A stretch of DNA of 64,000 nt from an uncultured delta proteobacterium (GTDB taxonomy: Bacteria > Myxococcota_A > Polyangia > Polyangiales > Polyangiaceae). The notes under the pieces were generated by a model. That model did not search any database. It was not told the DNA's origin and worked only from the letters and a program-made list of their open reading frames with translations. The position numbers and the translations under genes were made by a program. Location: contig CAWJCS010000005.1 in the NCBI GenBank assembly GCA_963841435.1, positions 1,280,001-1,344,000 on the forward strand. Direction: 5' to 3'. Positions 45,051 through 56,088 of this stretch are shown piece after piece. The first letter of the stretch is position 1, and every line of letters starts with the position of its first letter.

Positions 45051-46007
45051 TTACTGCTGTTGCTGTTGCTGTTGCTGCGCCAGGTCGCTCAGGTTCATGC
45101 GGCGCTCGACGATGGGCCCTTCGAGGAAGCTCGGCACGTCGAGTGAGCTCGGAGAGAGCGGCGCGTGAGCGGCGAGGCGCTCGTCGAGCTTGTCCATCGT
45201 CACCTTGACGCGAATGGTCTCTTCGGCTTCGCCGCGGTAGACGCCGCGATTCGGCGGCACGTCGGCGTAGCTGCGTCCGATGGCGACCGCGACGTGGCCG
45301 TCACCCGCGAGCTCGCCATGGGTCGGATCGAGTCCCACCCAGCCGACCGACGGCAAGTACGCCTCGCACCAGGCGTGCGTCTCGAGCTCACGCACGTCAT
45401 CGTGATAGAGGTAGCCGGAGACGTAGCGCGAGGGGATGCCCAGCATGCGCAGGAGCGCGAGCCCCACGTGCGAAAAGTCCTGGCAAACGCCCTGCCCGAT
45501 GTCGAGCGCGTGGGCAACGGTCGTGGCGCTCGAGGTGACGCCCTTCTTGTACTCCAGGCGCTGCCTCAAGCCCGTCATGACGAGCAGCACGGCCTCGGCC
45601 GCACGCTGGCACCGGAACAGACCGACCTCTTCGGCGTACTGCACGAGGCGCGGGTCGCGCTGCACGGGCCCCGAGAAATCCAGGAAATCCTGGAAGCGAT
45701 GACTCAGATCGGCGAGAGGCAGCGGGTCCGTTGCGGCCGCGAGCTCGACGAGCTTCGGGTGCGTCTCGACGGTGGCGCCCGCGACGATCAGCACGCGGTC
45801 GTGCAGCGGCACGATCGTGAAGTGGTGCGCCTGGTTGTCGTTCCAGTCGCGATGCGTGTAAACCGGCGCCTCGGGCCCGACTCTGAGGCTGAAAGCGCGG
45901 AGGGTTTGGTTCTTGTCGCTGCGAGGCGTGACCCGAAGCTCCATGACCGACTCGCTGACGCGGGTCCCGTAGCTGAGCTCCGTCCGATGCTGAATGCCGA
46001 GCAACAT
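45051..46007 (-). CDS. Transglutaminase family protein with C-terminal Gln8 tail
   Basis: GVCQDFSH, RYVSGY, THAW, LDPT, GRSYADVPP; GGAGG RBS; ends AQQQQQQQQ. Confidence 0.93.
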   Translation of the reverse strand: MLLGIQHRTELSYGTRVSESVMELRVTPRSDKNQTLRAFSLRVGPEAPVYTHRDWNDNQAHHFTIVPLHDRVLIVAGATVETHPKLVELAAATDPLPLADLSHRFQDFLDFSGPVQRDPRLVQYAEEVGLFRCQRAAEAVLLVMTGLRQRLEYKKGVTSSATTVAHALDIGQGVCQDFSHVGLALLRMLGIPSRYVSGYLYHDDVRELETHAWCEAYLPSVGWVGLDPTHGELAGDGHVAVAIGRSYADVPPNRGVYRGEAEETIRVKVTMDKLDERLAAHAPLSPSSLDVPSFLEGPIVERRMNLSDLAQQQQQQQQ

Positions 46008-46025
46008 GAATCCTCCAGTATACTG

Positions 46026-46934
46026 CTATTGCAAAAAATATGCGCGCTGCAGGTGCGCGCCCGCTTCGCCGAGCTCCTCCACGAGGCTCTGGGTGAATTC
46101 CATGGGGCTTTCGCGTTCCACCTGGTCAACGTCAGCGTACTCGAGGCGGGAGGCGAGCTTGCCGAAGGCACGCTCCACGTTCTTGCCGCGTGACCCGTGC
46201 ATTTCGGCCAAGCGCTTCGAGAAGTCGGCCGCCACGAACGCCGCGTAGCGTACGGAGCGCGGAAAATGCTGATCGAAGAGCAAGAAATCGAGCACGTGCC
46301 GGCGGTCAACGCGCTGCGGGTGAAGCTTCTTGTACGCCTCCATCGAGCACAGGCAGCGCAATAGTGCGAGCCAGTGCACGTTCTCTGCGCTCTGCCTGGA
46401 GGCACGGGGCGCCGATTCCGCGCGCTCCCGGATGAGGCGGTTGGCCCCGTCGAACCGTTCGACGAACTTGCCGAGCTTGAGGAACAGCCACCCCTCGTCG
46501 CGGGCCGTGGTGCCGTCGGCGACGCCGTCCCAGAGAAAGCTCGCGGTCACGATGCCACCGAGAGCCTGGGAGAGCTGGCTCTCGTGGACGCCGCGCGCGT
46601 GAGCCTCGTGCAGAGACCAGTAGGCCTGGTTGAGGTGCTCCCACATTTCGGTGCTGATGACCTCGCGCACCTGCCGCGCGTTCTCGCGCGCGCGAGAGAT
46701 CACGCACACGAGCGAGGTCGCGGCCGTCTGGTCGAAGAGTAGGGCCTCGGTGGGGGCGTCAGGCAAGGAAAGTGCCGCAAGCGCGCCTTGCCACTGGTTC
46801 TTCGCCGCGAGCGGATCGACCTGCTCGAGGTCCACGAGGATGGCCCGTGTCACCTCGAGCACCCGCGCGACGTGCTCGGCGCGCTCGAGGTAGCGACCCA
46901 TCCAAAAGAGGCTGTCCGCGACCCGGCTCAGCAT
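46026..46934 (-). CDS. Alpha-E domain protein (DUF403)
   Basis: [40 protein letters not shown]. Confidence 0.93.
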   Translation of the reverse strand: MLSRVADSLFWMGRYLERAEHVARVLEVTRAILVDLEQVDPLAAKNQWQGALAALSLPDAPTEALLFDQTAATSLVCVISRARENARQVREVISTEMWEHLNQAYWSLHEAHARGVHESQLSQALGGIVTASFLWDGVADGTTARDEGWLFLKLGKFVERFDGANRLIRERAESAPRASRQSAENVHWLALLRCLCSMEAYKKLHPQRVDRRHVLDFLLFDQHFPRSVRYAAFVAADFSKRLAEMHGSRGKNVERAFGKLASRLEYADVDQVERESPMEFTQSLVEELGEAGAHLQRAYFLQ

Positions 46935-48400
46935 GGCGCGCCGTTCTTCGGCGAGCGCTCCCCGGTGCCCGCGAGCACCCAGGTGTCCTTGTACCCACCG
47001 CCCTGGCTCGAATTGACGACGAGCGACCCCTTCTTCAGCGCGACGCGCGTGAGGCCGCCCGGAATCACGCGCACCTTCTCACCGACGAGCACGTAGGGGC
47101 GAAGATCGACGCAGCGCCCTTCGAGGTGGTCTTCCACGATCGTGGGATGACGGCCGAGGTTGATCACGGGCTGCGCGATGTAGGAGCGCGGCCGGGCCTC
47201 GATGCGCCTTTTGAACTCCTCGCGCTGCTCTGCGGTGCTCTGCGTGCCGATGAGCATGCCGTAGCCGCCGGAAGCGTCCGTCTGCTTGACGCACAATTCG
47301 CCGATGTTCTCGAGGATGTACTTTCGGTCGTCCTCACGCGTCGCAATGTACGTGCGCACGTTCTCGAGAATCGGCTCTTCCCCGAGGTAGTAGCGAATCA
47401 TGTCGGGGACGAAGGGGTAGATGGCTTTGTCGTCGGCGACGCCCGTACCGGGCGCGTTGGCGAGCGCCACGGCGCCGCTTCGATACGCCGCAAAAAGCCC
47501 CGCACAGCCGAGGATCGAGTCCGGGCGGAACACCACCGGGTCGAGGTAGTCGTCGTCGATGCGGCGGTAGATCACGTCGACGCGCTGCAGGCCGTGCGTC
47601 GTGCGCATGCACACGGCGCCTTCCGTCACGACGAGGTCGCGACCTTCGACGAGCGTCGCGCCCATCCGCCTCGCGAGCAGGCTGTGCTCGAAGTACGCCG
47701 AGTTGTACATGCCCGGGCTGAGCAGCACGATGGTTGCGTCGTCGCTGCTTCTCGGCGCCACGTGCAAGAGCGCCTCCCTGAGCCAGTCCGCGTAGTCGTC
47801 GAGCGGGCGTACGCCGTACTCCTCGAACAGCACGCGGAACACGCGCTTCAACACCTCGCGGCACTCGAGCACGTAGGAGGCCCCGCTCGGGCTGCGCACG
47901 TTGTCCTCGAGTACGCGAAAATGGCCCTTTTCGTCGCGGATCAGGTCGGTGCCCACGATGTGGGTGTAGACGCCTTTCGGCGGCAGCATGCCGATCATCT
48001 CACGGCGGAAGCCGCTGGCGCCGTACACGAGGCTCGCGTCGACGACGCCGTCGTTCAGGATGCGCTGTTCGCCGTAAACGTCGCGCAAGAAGAGGTTCAG
48101 GGCCTCCACGCGCTGCACGAGGCCGCGCTCGACCTCGTGCCATTCCGGCGCCGTGATGAGGCGCGGGATCGGATCGAACGGGAACACCTTCTCGATGCCC
48201 GCATTGTCGGAATAGACCGTAAACGTGACACCCTGGTTCCTGAGGAGGAGGTCGGCGAGCTTTTGCCGCTGCTCCACCTCGGGGGGCGTCATTTCGGCGA
48301 GCCGGTGCGCGAGGGGACGGTACTCCGGCCGGATCACGCCCCCTTCGGTGAACATCTCGTCGTAGCTCTTCCCATCGAGCTCGTAGCCATCGAGATTCAC
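46928..48400 (-). CDS. Circularly permuted type 2 ATP-grasp protein (DUF407)
   Basis: [79 protein letters not shown] start at 48400. Confidence 0.93.
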   Translation of the reverse strand: MNLDGYELDGKSYDEMFTEGGVIRPEYRPLAHRLAEMTPPEVEQRQKLADLLLRNQGVTFTVYSDNAGIEKVFPFDPIPRLITAPEWHEVERGLVQRVEALNLFLRDVYGEQRILNDGVVDASLVYGASGFRREMIGMLPPKGVYTHIVGTDLIRDEKGHFRVLEDNVRSPSGASYVLECREVLKRVFRVLFEEYGVRPLDDYADWLREALLHVAPRSSDDATIVLLSPGMYNSAYFEHSLLARRMGATLVEGRDLVVTEGAVCMRTTHGLQRVDVIYRRIDDDYLDPVVFRPDSILGCAGLFAAYRSGAVALANAPGTGVADDKAIYPFVPDMIRYYLGEEPILENVRTYIATREDDRKYILENIGELCVKQTDASGGYGMLIGTQSTAEQREEFKRRIEARPRSYIAQPVINLGRHPTIVEDHLEGRCVDLRPYVLVGEKVRVIPGGLTRVALKKGSLVVNSSQGGGYKDTWVLAGTGERSPKNGAPC

Positions 48401-48637
48401 GTCCCTATCTAACCCCCGGCATGGATTCTGTTGTGTTTCGGCGGCGTCACGGTCCTCGGAAGATCGCTGTGGCACACCGCAGCGCAATGGGGAAGTGCGG
48501 GGGAATGGCACCGTACGGGTGTTCAGATCCCCGGCTCGCGGCTGGCACCCTCGCGGGCGCTACTCGATGGCGCGCGCCGCTCCAGCGGCGAGGGAAAGTG
48601 GCCGAGCGAGCTACTTTTCTGCGCCAGCGCAGCGTTT

Positions 48638-49483
48638 TCAATCCGTTCGCGCAGCGAGGCGACTCAGACGATCCGTCACGTCAGCCGTGAGGCCGGAAAC
48701 GAGCTCGCGCACGTACGAAAGGGCGTCGCCGCCGCCGTGAGCGAGGGCCGTGAGGTCCATCGCCCAAACGAGACCGTCGTGACGGTCGGGCTGCCGCGCC
48801 TCGTCGAGCACGGCGTTGGCGCGCCGGCGACCGAGCGCCGCGAGATCGTAGCGCTTGCCGCCTCGGAGCTGCGAAGCGAACACGGCGAGGAGCGATGCTT
48901 GGAGGTCGGCGTACCCGTCGAGCGGGAGCGCGACCTTGTCGGCGTCAGCAAGCCAATCGAGCCCACGCCACACCTCGCAGCCGAGGACGCGCGGCGGTCG
49001 CACTTCGGGCGAAAGCTTGCGGCACGCGTCGAGCACGCGGAGCGTCACCGCGACGTGGGTGTCGTGCGTGTCGGTCAGGGCGTGGGTGTAAACGACCTCG
49101 GGCTTCGTCGCCAGAAGGAGCGCGACGAGATCGTCGACGACGCTCGATGCCGCCGGATCTTTCAGGGCCTCGCTCGTGTAGTCGAGGAGCACTTGCGCGC
49201 CGTAGCGACCGAGCGTCGCCGCCCGCTTCTGCTCGGAACGGCGCCGTTCGGCGAGCTCGGCGCGTGACGTATCGCCGCGGATGATGCTGCCAGCGCCGTC
49301 CGTGACGACGACGCCGGTAAACGAGCGCTCGCCCGGCTCGTAACAAGCCAAAATGCCGTGGATTGCCATGATCTCGAGGTCGTCGGCGTGCGCGCCGATG
49401 CCGAGGTGCGTCGTGCGCGCGAGGGCGGCCGCCGCGGGCACGGCGTCCGGAACGAACACCTCGGAGCCCGCGCGCGAGAACAT
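48638..49483 (-). CDS. PIG-L/LmbE family deacetylase
   Basis: GAHADDLE, VVTDG, RRSEQ, THDTH motifs. Confidence 0.85.
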   Translation of the reverse strand: MFSRAGSEVFVPDAVPAAAALARTTHLGIGAHADDLEIMAIHGILACYEPGERSFTGVVVTDGAGSIIRGDTSRAELAERRRSEQKRAATLGRYGAQVLLDYTSEALKDPAASSVVDDLVALLLATKPEVVYTHALTDTHDTHVAVTLRVLDACRKLSPEVRPPRVLGCEVWRGLDWLADADKVALPLDGYADLQASLLAVFASQLRGGKRYDLAALGRRRANAVLDEARQPDRHDGLVWAMDLTALAHGGGDALSYVRELVSGLTADVTDRLSRLAARTD

Positions 49484-49653
49484 GGAACGTCAGCGTATCA
49501 CGCCGAGGGCCACCTGCCGGACGGCGCGCTCAGGATGCCTTCGGGCGCCCGCGGGGGTGGTGGAACGGCGTGGCGGAACGGCGCCGCGCGCCGACGTGCT
49601 CGCCGCGGCCCGGCGGTCGCCTCCCAGTCCAAGAAAGCTCTCGGCGTACACCG

Positions 49654-49772
49654 CCGCTCGACTTCGGACGCCGCTCGACTTCGGACGCCGCTCGACTTCG
49701 GACGCTGCTCGATTTCGGACGCCGTTCGACCTCAGGCGCCCGTCAACTTCAGGTACCGTGCGACTTCGGAGA
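49654..49772. repeat. Intergenic tandem repeat, 7 x 17 bp
   Basis: CCGCTCGACTTCGGACG three times perfect (49654-49704), then four degenerate units, no spacers. Confidence 0.9.
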
Positions 49773-49776
49773 GGCA

Positions 49777-51654
49777 CTAGCGACGCTTGGCGGCGGGGCG
49801 GTTCGAGCAAGCGAGCGAGTAGCGAAGGGCTCCTTTGCGCTCCAGTGTGAGCACGAAGAGGCGCTTGCCGTTCGCCACCAGGTCCGTTTCGGCGACGCGC
49901 GCGGGCTCGCCCTCGTCGAATCGGATCTCGCAGCTTGCCCCCTTTTCGTCGAAGCGCGCGCGTCGCTCGTCGACCTCCGGCCTTTGCCCTTCGGGGACGA
50001 GGACCGGTAGCACTTCTTCGAAGGCGCCTTCGTGCTTCACCTGCACGTCGATGCCACGGCGGCCGAACGTGAGCGATTTCTCGCCTGCGGTCCCGAGCTC
50101 GTAGCGAGCGACGAGAGTGCCGTTGCCGAGCTCGTGAATGCCGGGATCGGGCGGATCGATGGGCTTATTGCGCTCGGTGAAGGTGACGTCGAGGTCGCCG
50201 CTCTCGTAGGTGGCCTTGGCGTCGGCGGCGCGCGTGCCAAAGGCGCGCTCTTTCGAGTCCGTCTGGTTCTGGAGCAGCGTGCCGTAGGCTGGAGAGAAGA
50301 ACAGGCCGAGCCCGAAGCGCTGCTGGGCGGTGGCCTTCTTGCCGGAGTCGAACGCGGCGTAGTAGCCGGGGCGACGCACGAAGGTGAAGGTCGCGTCCGT
50401 GCGCGAGTCGCGACGCTGCTGGGTCCTCGAGCCAGGCGCGACGGCCGGCAGCGTCGCGCGAGCGCGATCGCGGTCCGCCGTGAGCGGCAGCCAGCTCGGC
50501 AGGCGCTGGTTCAAAAAGACGTACGGCGAGTACACGCTCCGCAAGCCCACGCGCAGCGGCGAGATGTGAGGAAAGCTCGCCCTGAGGGCACCGCGCTCGT
50601 GCGCCACGCGAACGGCGTTTTCCTCGCGCGATTCGGAGAGGGCGGCCGCGAAAGGGATCTGCTCGGCGAGGGGCGTCTCGTAGCTCTCGAAGCCAGCCTG
50701 CTCTTGCCGGGTCTCGACCGCTCGGTTCAAGAAGAAGCCCTTGCCGCCCGGCTCGGGCGCGACGTTGAACGCGAGCCAGTCGAAAAATGCTCGCTCTCGC
50801 TCGACGAGCTCCTGCTCGAACGCGCCGCCCTTGGCGTAGCGGTAGGCTTGGGCCGTGCTGGGACCGTGCGTGTAGAGCGTGTAGCCGAAGTCGGGGCCAC
50901 CGCTCTCGTAGTAGAAGCCCGCCGGGCTCAAGAAGTCGTCGCGGCTGCCACGTAGCCGCGCGAAAAGGAAGCGCCGCAGCGCTGGCTCCGGCCGGAGCTC
51001 GAGCAGCACGAGGCCGCCACCCCAGACGTTGCCGAACTGGTTCGTGTAGGTACGCCCTCCCTCGTAGAGGTTGACGCTCGTGAGCACGACGAGCACGGCG
51101 CGCCGCAGCGCGGCGATGGCGCGGGCGTAGAGCGCTTCGTCGATGGGTGGGCCGTCACGCAAGACCAGCAGCGCTTCGCCGATGAACTTCGTGGCGAACG
51201 CCGTCGGGGGGAGCGCCCAGCCCTTCCGCGAGTACTCCGAGAAGCGCCCGTCGGGCGCCTGGGAACGACACCAGAAGTCGAGCGCTGCCTCGAGCCGTGC
51301 GCGCAGCGCGCGGTTACCGTAGTACTGATTCCAGGGGCGCTTCGTGGCGTAAAACCACGAAAGCGCGAGGATGTTTTCCATCACGCGGGCGTTCCACGGC
51401 CCCTGGTTTCGGCGCCACACGAAAAGCCGGATGTAGCCCCGCGTCGGGCCGCGATCGTCGATGGCGTTCGCGAGCTCGTGGAGGTGCGCGTAATAAAACG
51501 GGAGGTTCAGCTCGTCGTCGGCGAAGTCCTCGAGCTTTACTCGCGAGAAATCCACGGGGGCGACCTCGGGCAGGCGGCTCCGGGCGAGCGCGGCGCGCGG
51601 CACGCCCAGCGCGCCAAGCACGCCGAGCAGCAGGACGACGAAAAGGGGTCTCAC
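49777..51654 (-). CDS. Secreted hypothetical protein (helical N-half, beta-rich C-half; possibly polysaccharide lyase/heparinase-like)
   Basis: GTG 51654, signal peptide ending AALA, Trp/Tyr-rich helical region, 'YYESGGPDFGY'; fold guess is inference. Confidence 0.6.
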   Translation of the reverse strand: MRPLFVVLLLGVLGALGVPRAALARSRLPEVAPVDFSRVKLEDFADDELNLPFYYAHLHELANAIDDRGPTRGYIRLFVWRRNQGPWNARVMENILALSWFYATKRPWNQYYGNRALRARLEAALDFWCRSQAPDGRFSEYSRKGWALPPTAFATKFIGEALLVLRDGPPIDEALYARAIAALRRAVLVVLTSVNLYEGGRTYTNQFGNVWGGGLVLLELRPEPALRRFLFARLRGSRDDFLSPAGFYYESGGPDFGYTLYTHGPSTAQAYRYAKGGAFEQELVERERAFFDWLAFNVAPEPGGKGFFLNRAVETRQEQAGFESYETPLAEQIPFAAALSESREENAVRVAHERGALRASFPHISPLRVGLRSVYSPYVFLNQRLPSWLPLTADRDRARATLPAVAPGSRTQQRRDSRTDATFTFVRRPGYYAAFDSGKKATAQQRFGLGLFFSPAYGTLLQNQTDSKERAFGTRAADAKATYESGDLDVTFTERNKPIDPPDPGIHELGNGTLVARYELGTAGEKSLTFGRRGIDVQVKHEGAFEEVLPVLVPEGQRPEVDERRARFDEKGASCEIRFDEGEPARVAETDLVANGKRLFVLTLERKGALRYSLACSNRPAAKRR

Positions 51655-51704
51655 GCCCCACGCTTTCGCACCAGAAGGGGCGGGGCGCCAGGTGCGACGG
51701 CCGC

Positions 51705-53904
51705 TCAGCCCGTGGGCTCGAGGATCAACGCGCCGAGCGGCGGCAGCTCCAGGCGCAGCGAGAACGGGTGCCCGTGCTGCGGCACCGGATCCGCCTCGAC
51801 GACGGCGAGCGTCGAAAATTCGCTGCCTCCGAAGCGCTGGTCGTCGCTCGACAGCTTTTCCACGTAGCGCCCGGAGGCGGGCACACCGATGCGGTACTCG
51901 CGGCGCGGCACCGGCGTGAAGTTCAACACCACGACGACGAAACGCTCGCCGTCGCTGCGAATGTACGCAAGCACGGTGTTTTCCTTGTCGGAGCAGTCGA
52001 TCCACCGAAAGCCGTGGGGGTCGTGGTCGGAACGGTAGAGCGCGGGCGTTCGCTTGTAGCAACGCGAGAGCTCGGCGATGAAATCCATCAGCTCGACGCG
52101 CGGGGGGTGATTGGCAATGTGCCAGTCGAGGCTCGCGTCGTGGTTCCACTCGGCGTGCTGAGCGAACTCCGTGCCCATGAACAGGAGCTGCTTGCCGGGA
52201 CGCGTGAATTGATACGCAATGAGCAGCCTGAGGTTCGCGAGTCGCTGCCAGAAGTCGCCGGGCATCTTCTCGATGACGGCGCCTTTGCCGTACACGACTT
52301 CGTCGTGCGAGATCGAATTGACGAAGTTCTCGGTGTACTCGTAGAGCATCGAGAACGTGAGCTGATCGACGTGGAATTTCCGATGCACCGGCTCCTTCGT
52401 GAAGAAGTTCAAGGTGTCGTGCATCCAGCCCATGTTCCACTTGAAGGTGAAGCCCAGCCCACCTTCGCTCGGGGGCCGCGTGACGCCGCCCCAGGCCGTG
52501 GACTCCTCGGCAATCGTGATCGCGCCGGGCGCGTCCTCGGCGATGGCCGTGTTCACCGCGCGCAAGAACTCGATGGCCTCGACGTTCTCGCGCCCGCCGT
52601 AGGGATTGGGCATCCACTCGCCCTCCTTGCGGCTGTAGTCGAGGTACAGCATCGACGCGACGGCGTCAACGCGTAGCGCGTCAACGTGAAACTCTTGGAG
52701 CCAGTAGAGCGCGTTCGCGATCAGGAAGTTTTTGACCTCGTTGCGCCCGAAGTTGAAGATCAGCGTGCCCCAGTCGGGGTGCTCGCCACGACGCACGTCG
52801 GCGTGCTCGTAGAGCGCCGTCCCGTCGAAGCGCCGCAAGGAGAAATCGTCCTTGGGAAAGTGGGCGGGCACCCAGTCGACGATCACGCCGATGCCGTGCT
52901 GGTGGAGATAATCGACGAAGTAGCGAAAATCGTCGGGCGTGCCGTAGCGCGCGGTCGGCGCGAAGTAGCCCGTCACCTGGTAACCCCATGAGGGGTAGTA
53001 GGCGTGCTCGGCGACGGGCAAGAGCTCGACATGGGTGAAGCCGAGCCGCGTCATGTGCTCGACGAGCCGCGGCGCGAGCTCGCGATAGCTGAGCCAGCGG
53101 TTGTTCTCTTCAGGTACCCGCAGAAACGAACCGAGATGAACCTCGTACATGGAAACGGGCTCGCGCCGTAGGTCCTTCTTCGCGCGCGCTTCCATCCACG
53201 CGGCGTCGCCCCACTCGTAGTGCGACTCGTTGACGCGCGTCGCGGTCGCCGGAGGGTGCTCCATCTCCTTGCCGAGCGGGTCGCACTTGACGCGCAGCGC
53301 GCCCTCCCGCGTGCGGAATCTCGTACTTGTAGAGCGCGCCTGGACCGACACCGGGAACGAAGAGCTCCCACACACCCGAGCTGCCGAGCGAGCGCATCGG
53401 GAAGATGCGACCGTCCCAGCGGTTGAAGTCGCCGACCAGGCTCACGCTGGCGGCGCTCGGCGCCCACACGGCAAAGGCCGTACCGGCCGTGCCGTCGATC
53501 ACCCGAGGCTGGGAGCCGAGCACGGTCCACAGGCGCCGGTGCGTCCCTTCGCCGATGAGATGCAGGTCGAGCTCACCGAGGGTCGGTAGGAAGCGATACG
53601 GGTCGTCGCGCTCCCAGGTGCCGGTGCCGTCGAAGTGAAAACGCAGCCGATACGCGAACGGCACCCTCACGTCGGGAACGAACGCGACGTACACGCCGCC
53701 GCCGATGCCGCTCATGGGTAGCGGCTCCGCGTCGCCGACGAGCAGGTCGACGGCCACGGCGTCCGGGTGGAACGCCCGCACGAGCACGCCTCGCTTGCCG
53801 CCGACCTCGACCGCATGCGCACCGAGGACGCTGTGAGGATCGTGACTGTGGCCCGAACGCAACGCTTCGATCCCGGGGTCCCCGCTGAGCGTCTTCAGAT
53901 CCAT
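51705..53904 (-). CDS. glgB: 1,4-alpha-glucan branching enzyme GlgB, +1 frameshift near 53317
   Basis: [52 protein letters not shown]; removing one base at 53316-53320 gives YKYEIRTREG..KCDP. Confidence 0.93.
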
Positions 53905-56021
53905 CACTCGGTCTCGTAGCACAGCAGGACGAGCGAATGCGCCGCGACGTTCACGCCGGCCTTGGGCACTCGCCGGGCGGCGCGTCCGGCCGGCTGGGCC
54001 GTATTGACCGCCTCGCTCCAGTGACCTCGCTCGGGTAGCTCGGGCAGAACGTAATGCACCTGCTTTACACCGGCATTCAAAAGCAAGAGCAGGGTCCGGC
54101 CGCGCGTCGGCTGGCCGCGCTCGTCAACGTCATCCGATGCGTCACCGTGGATCAGCATCCCGAGACTTTGCGTCTTCGGATTGCTCCAGTCGGCGAGTGT
54201 CATCTCCCCTCCCGCCGGCCGCACCCAGGAAACGTCCTTCGCGTCACCGTCACCCACGGGTCCGCCACTGAAGAAGCGGCGCCTGCGAAACACGGGATTG
54301 TCGCGCATCACCTCGAACACGTCTTGCGAGAACATGAGAAGCTCGTCCTCGCGCGGCCCGAGGTCCCAGTCGATCCACGAGATGGTGTTGTCCTGGCAGT
54401 AGGCGTTGTTGTTGCCCTGCTGCGTGCGCCCGAGCTCGTCCCCATGTGACAGCATGGGGACGCCCTGGGAGAACGCCAGCGTGGCGATTAGGTTCTTGCG
54501 CATCCGATCGCGCAACTTGAGCACGCTCGGCGTGGTCGTTTCGCCCTCCACGCCCCAGTTGCGGGAAAAGTTCTCACTCGTGCCGTCGCGATTGTCCTCG
54601 CCATTCGCGACGTTGTGCTTCTGGTCGTACGAGACCAGGTCCTCGAGCGTGAAGCCATCGTGGCAGGTGACGAAGTTGATGCTCGAGAACGGGTTCCGGT
54701 CGGGGCCATGGAAGATGTCGCTCGAGCCGGAAAGTCGCGAAGCGAGCTCCGAGACCTGGCCTTCGTCGCCTCGCCAGAAGCGGCGCACGCAATCGCGGTA
54801 GCGCGCATTCCACTCGGCCCACCCCGGCGGAAATCCACCGAGGCGGTAGCCACCGGGCCCGAGGTCCCACGGCTCGGCGATGAGCTTCACCTGCGACAAG
54901 GTCGGATCTTGCTGCGCGATCGCGAAGAAGCGCGAGAACGCGTCGAAATCGTGCGGGTCGCGCGCGAGCGTCGTCGCAAGATCGAAGCGGAAGCCGTCAA
55001 CGTGCATGTCCTCGACCCAGTAGCGCAGACTGTCGAGCACGAGCTGCAGGCTCCGCGGGTGCAGCACGTTGTAGCTGTTGCCGCAGCCCGTGAAATCCTC
55101 GTAGCGGCGCCCGTCCCCGGTGAGCAGGCGGTAGTAGGCCGCGTTGTCAACGCCGCGAAAGCACAGCGTGGGGCCCAGGTGGCTCCCCTCGCCCGTGTGG
55201 TTGTAGACAACGTCGAGAATCACTTCGATGCCGGCGCGGTGCAGCGCCTTGACCATCGTCTTGAATTCGGTGACCTGCTCGCCGAGGGCACCGGTCGCGA
55301 AGCGGGGGTCCGGCGCGAAGAAGCCAATCGTGTTGTAGCCCCAGTAGTTGACGAGCCCCATGTCCATGAGGCGGCGCTCGGTCAGGGCGTGTTGCACGGG
55401 CAGAAGCTCGACGGCCGTCACGCCGAGCGAGCGCAAGTGGTCGAGCACGGGCTGCGACGCGAGCCCGAGGTAGGTGCCGCGCAGGTGCCCCGGAAGCGCG
55501 GGGTGAAGCCGGGTCATGCCGCCCACGTGGCACTCGTAGATGACGGTGCGGCTCCACGGCACGTTCGGCGGGCAATCGTCGCCCCAGGTGAAGGCGCTCT
55601 CGACGACGAGCGACTTCGGCACGACGGCGGCGCTGTCGGTGGTGCTCAAGACGGACGCGTCGGTGGTGCCCGCGGGGAAGCCGAACGTCTCGTCGGCGCA
55701 CACGATCTCGCCGGCGATCGCCTTGGCGTACGGATCGATGAGGAGCTTGTGCGGGTTGAAGCGGTGGCCGACCTCGGGAGCGAAGGGGCCGTGGACTCGA
55801 TACCCGTAGAGCTGGCCCGGACGGAGATCCGGAAAATACGAATGGAAGATGCCGTGCGTGCGCTCCTTGAGCGGGATGCGCAACGACTCTTCCGCCGAGC
55901 CGGGCGCTTCGAACAGGCACAGCTCGACGCTCGTCGCGTGCTGTGAAAAGAGAGCGAAGTTGACGCCCTGGCCGTCCCAGGTAGCGCCGAGCGGTTGAGG
56001 AACGCCGGGTCGAAGCCGCAC
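53904..56021 (-). CDS. glgX: Glycogen debranching enzyme GlgX
   Basis: PLGATWDGQGVNFALFS, NYWGYN, DVVYNHT, DGFRFDLA, AEPWD, CHDGFTL, NNNAYCQDN; TGATG-coupled to glgB. Confidence 0.95.
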   Translation of the reverse strand: MRLRPGVPQPLGATWDGQGVNFALFSQHATSVELCLFEAPGSAEESLRIPLKERTHGIFHSYFPDLRPGQLYGYRVHGPFAPEVGHRFNPHKLLIDPYAKAIAGEIVCADETFGFPAGTTDASVLSTTDSAAVVPKSLVVESAFTWGDDCPPNVPWSRTVIYECHVGGMTRLHPALPGHLRGTYLGLASQPVLDHLRSLGVTAVELLPVQHALTERRLMDMGLVNYWGYNTIGFFAPDPRFATGALGEQVTEFKTMVKALHRAGIEVILDVVYNHTGEGSHLGPTLCFRGVDNAAYYRLLTGDGRRYEDFTGCGNSYNVLHPRSLQLVLDSLRYWVEDMHVDGFRFDLATTLARDPHDFDAFSRFFAIAQQDPTLSQVKLIAEPWDLGPGGYRLGGFPPGWAEWNARYRDCVRRFWRGDEGQVSELASRLSGSSDIFHGPDRNPFSSINFVTCHDGFTLEDLVSYDQKHNVANGEDNRDGTSENFSRNWGVEGETTTPSVLKLRDRMRKNLIATLAFSQGVPMLSHGDELGRTQQGNNNAYCQDNTISWIDWDLGPREDELLMFSQDVFEVMRDNPVFRRRRFFSGGPVGDGDAKDVSWVRPAGGEMTLADWSNPKTQSLGMLIHGDASDDVDERGQPTRGRTLLLLLNAGVKQVHYVLPELPERGHWSEAVNTAQPAGRAARRVPKAGVNVAAHSLVLLCYETE

Positions 56022-56088
56022 GGAAAGTGCCGGAGTCTACTTCAGGGCGGTCACGCTCGAACAGCGTCCCGCGCACCCCGCTCGCGGG

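Noticed and set aside
48470-48548. Three TGGCAC hexamers as sigma54 promoters or NtrC sites
   Set aside because: None has GC at GG-N10 spacing, they face away from the operon, and the NtrC-like matches are too degenerate.
49654-49772. CRISPR array
   Set aside because: Units are 17 bp and directly abutting with no unique spacers; no cas genes in the window.
51655-52617. N-terminal extension of the 946-aa ORF
   Set aside because: Alternative frame of glgB; the signal peptide starts at GTG 51654.
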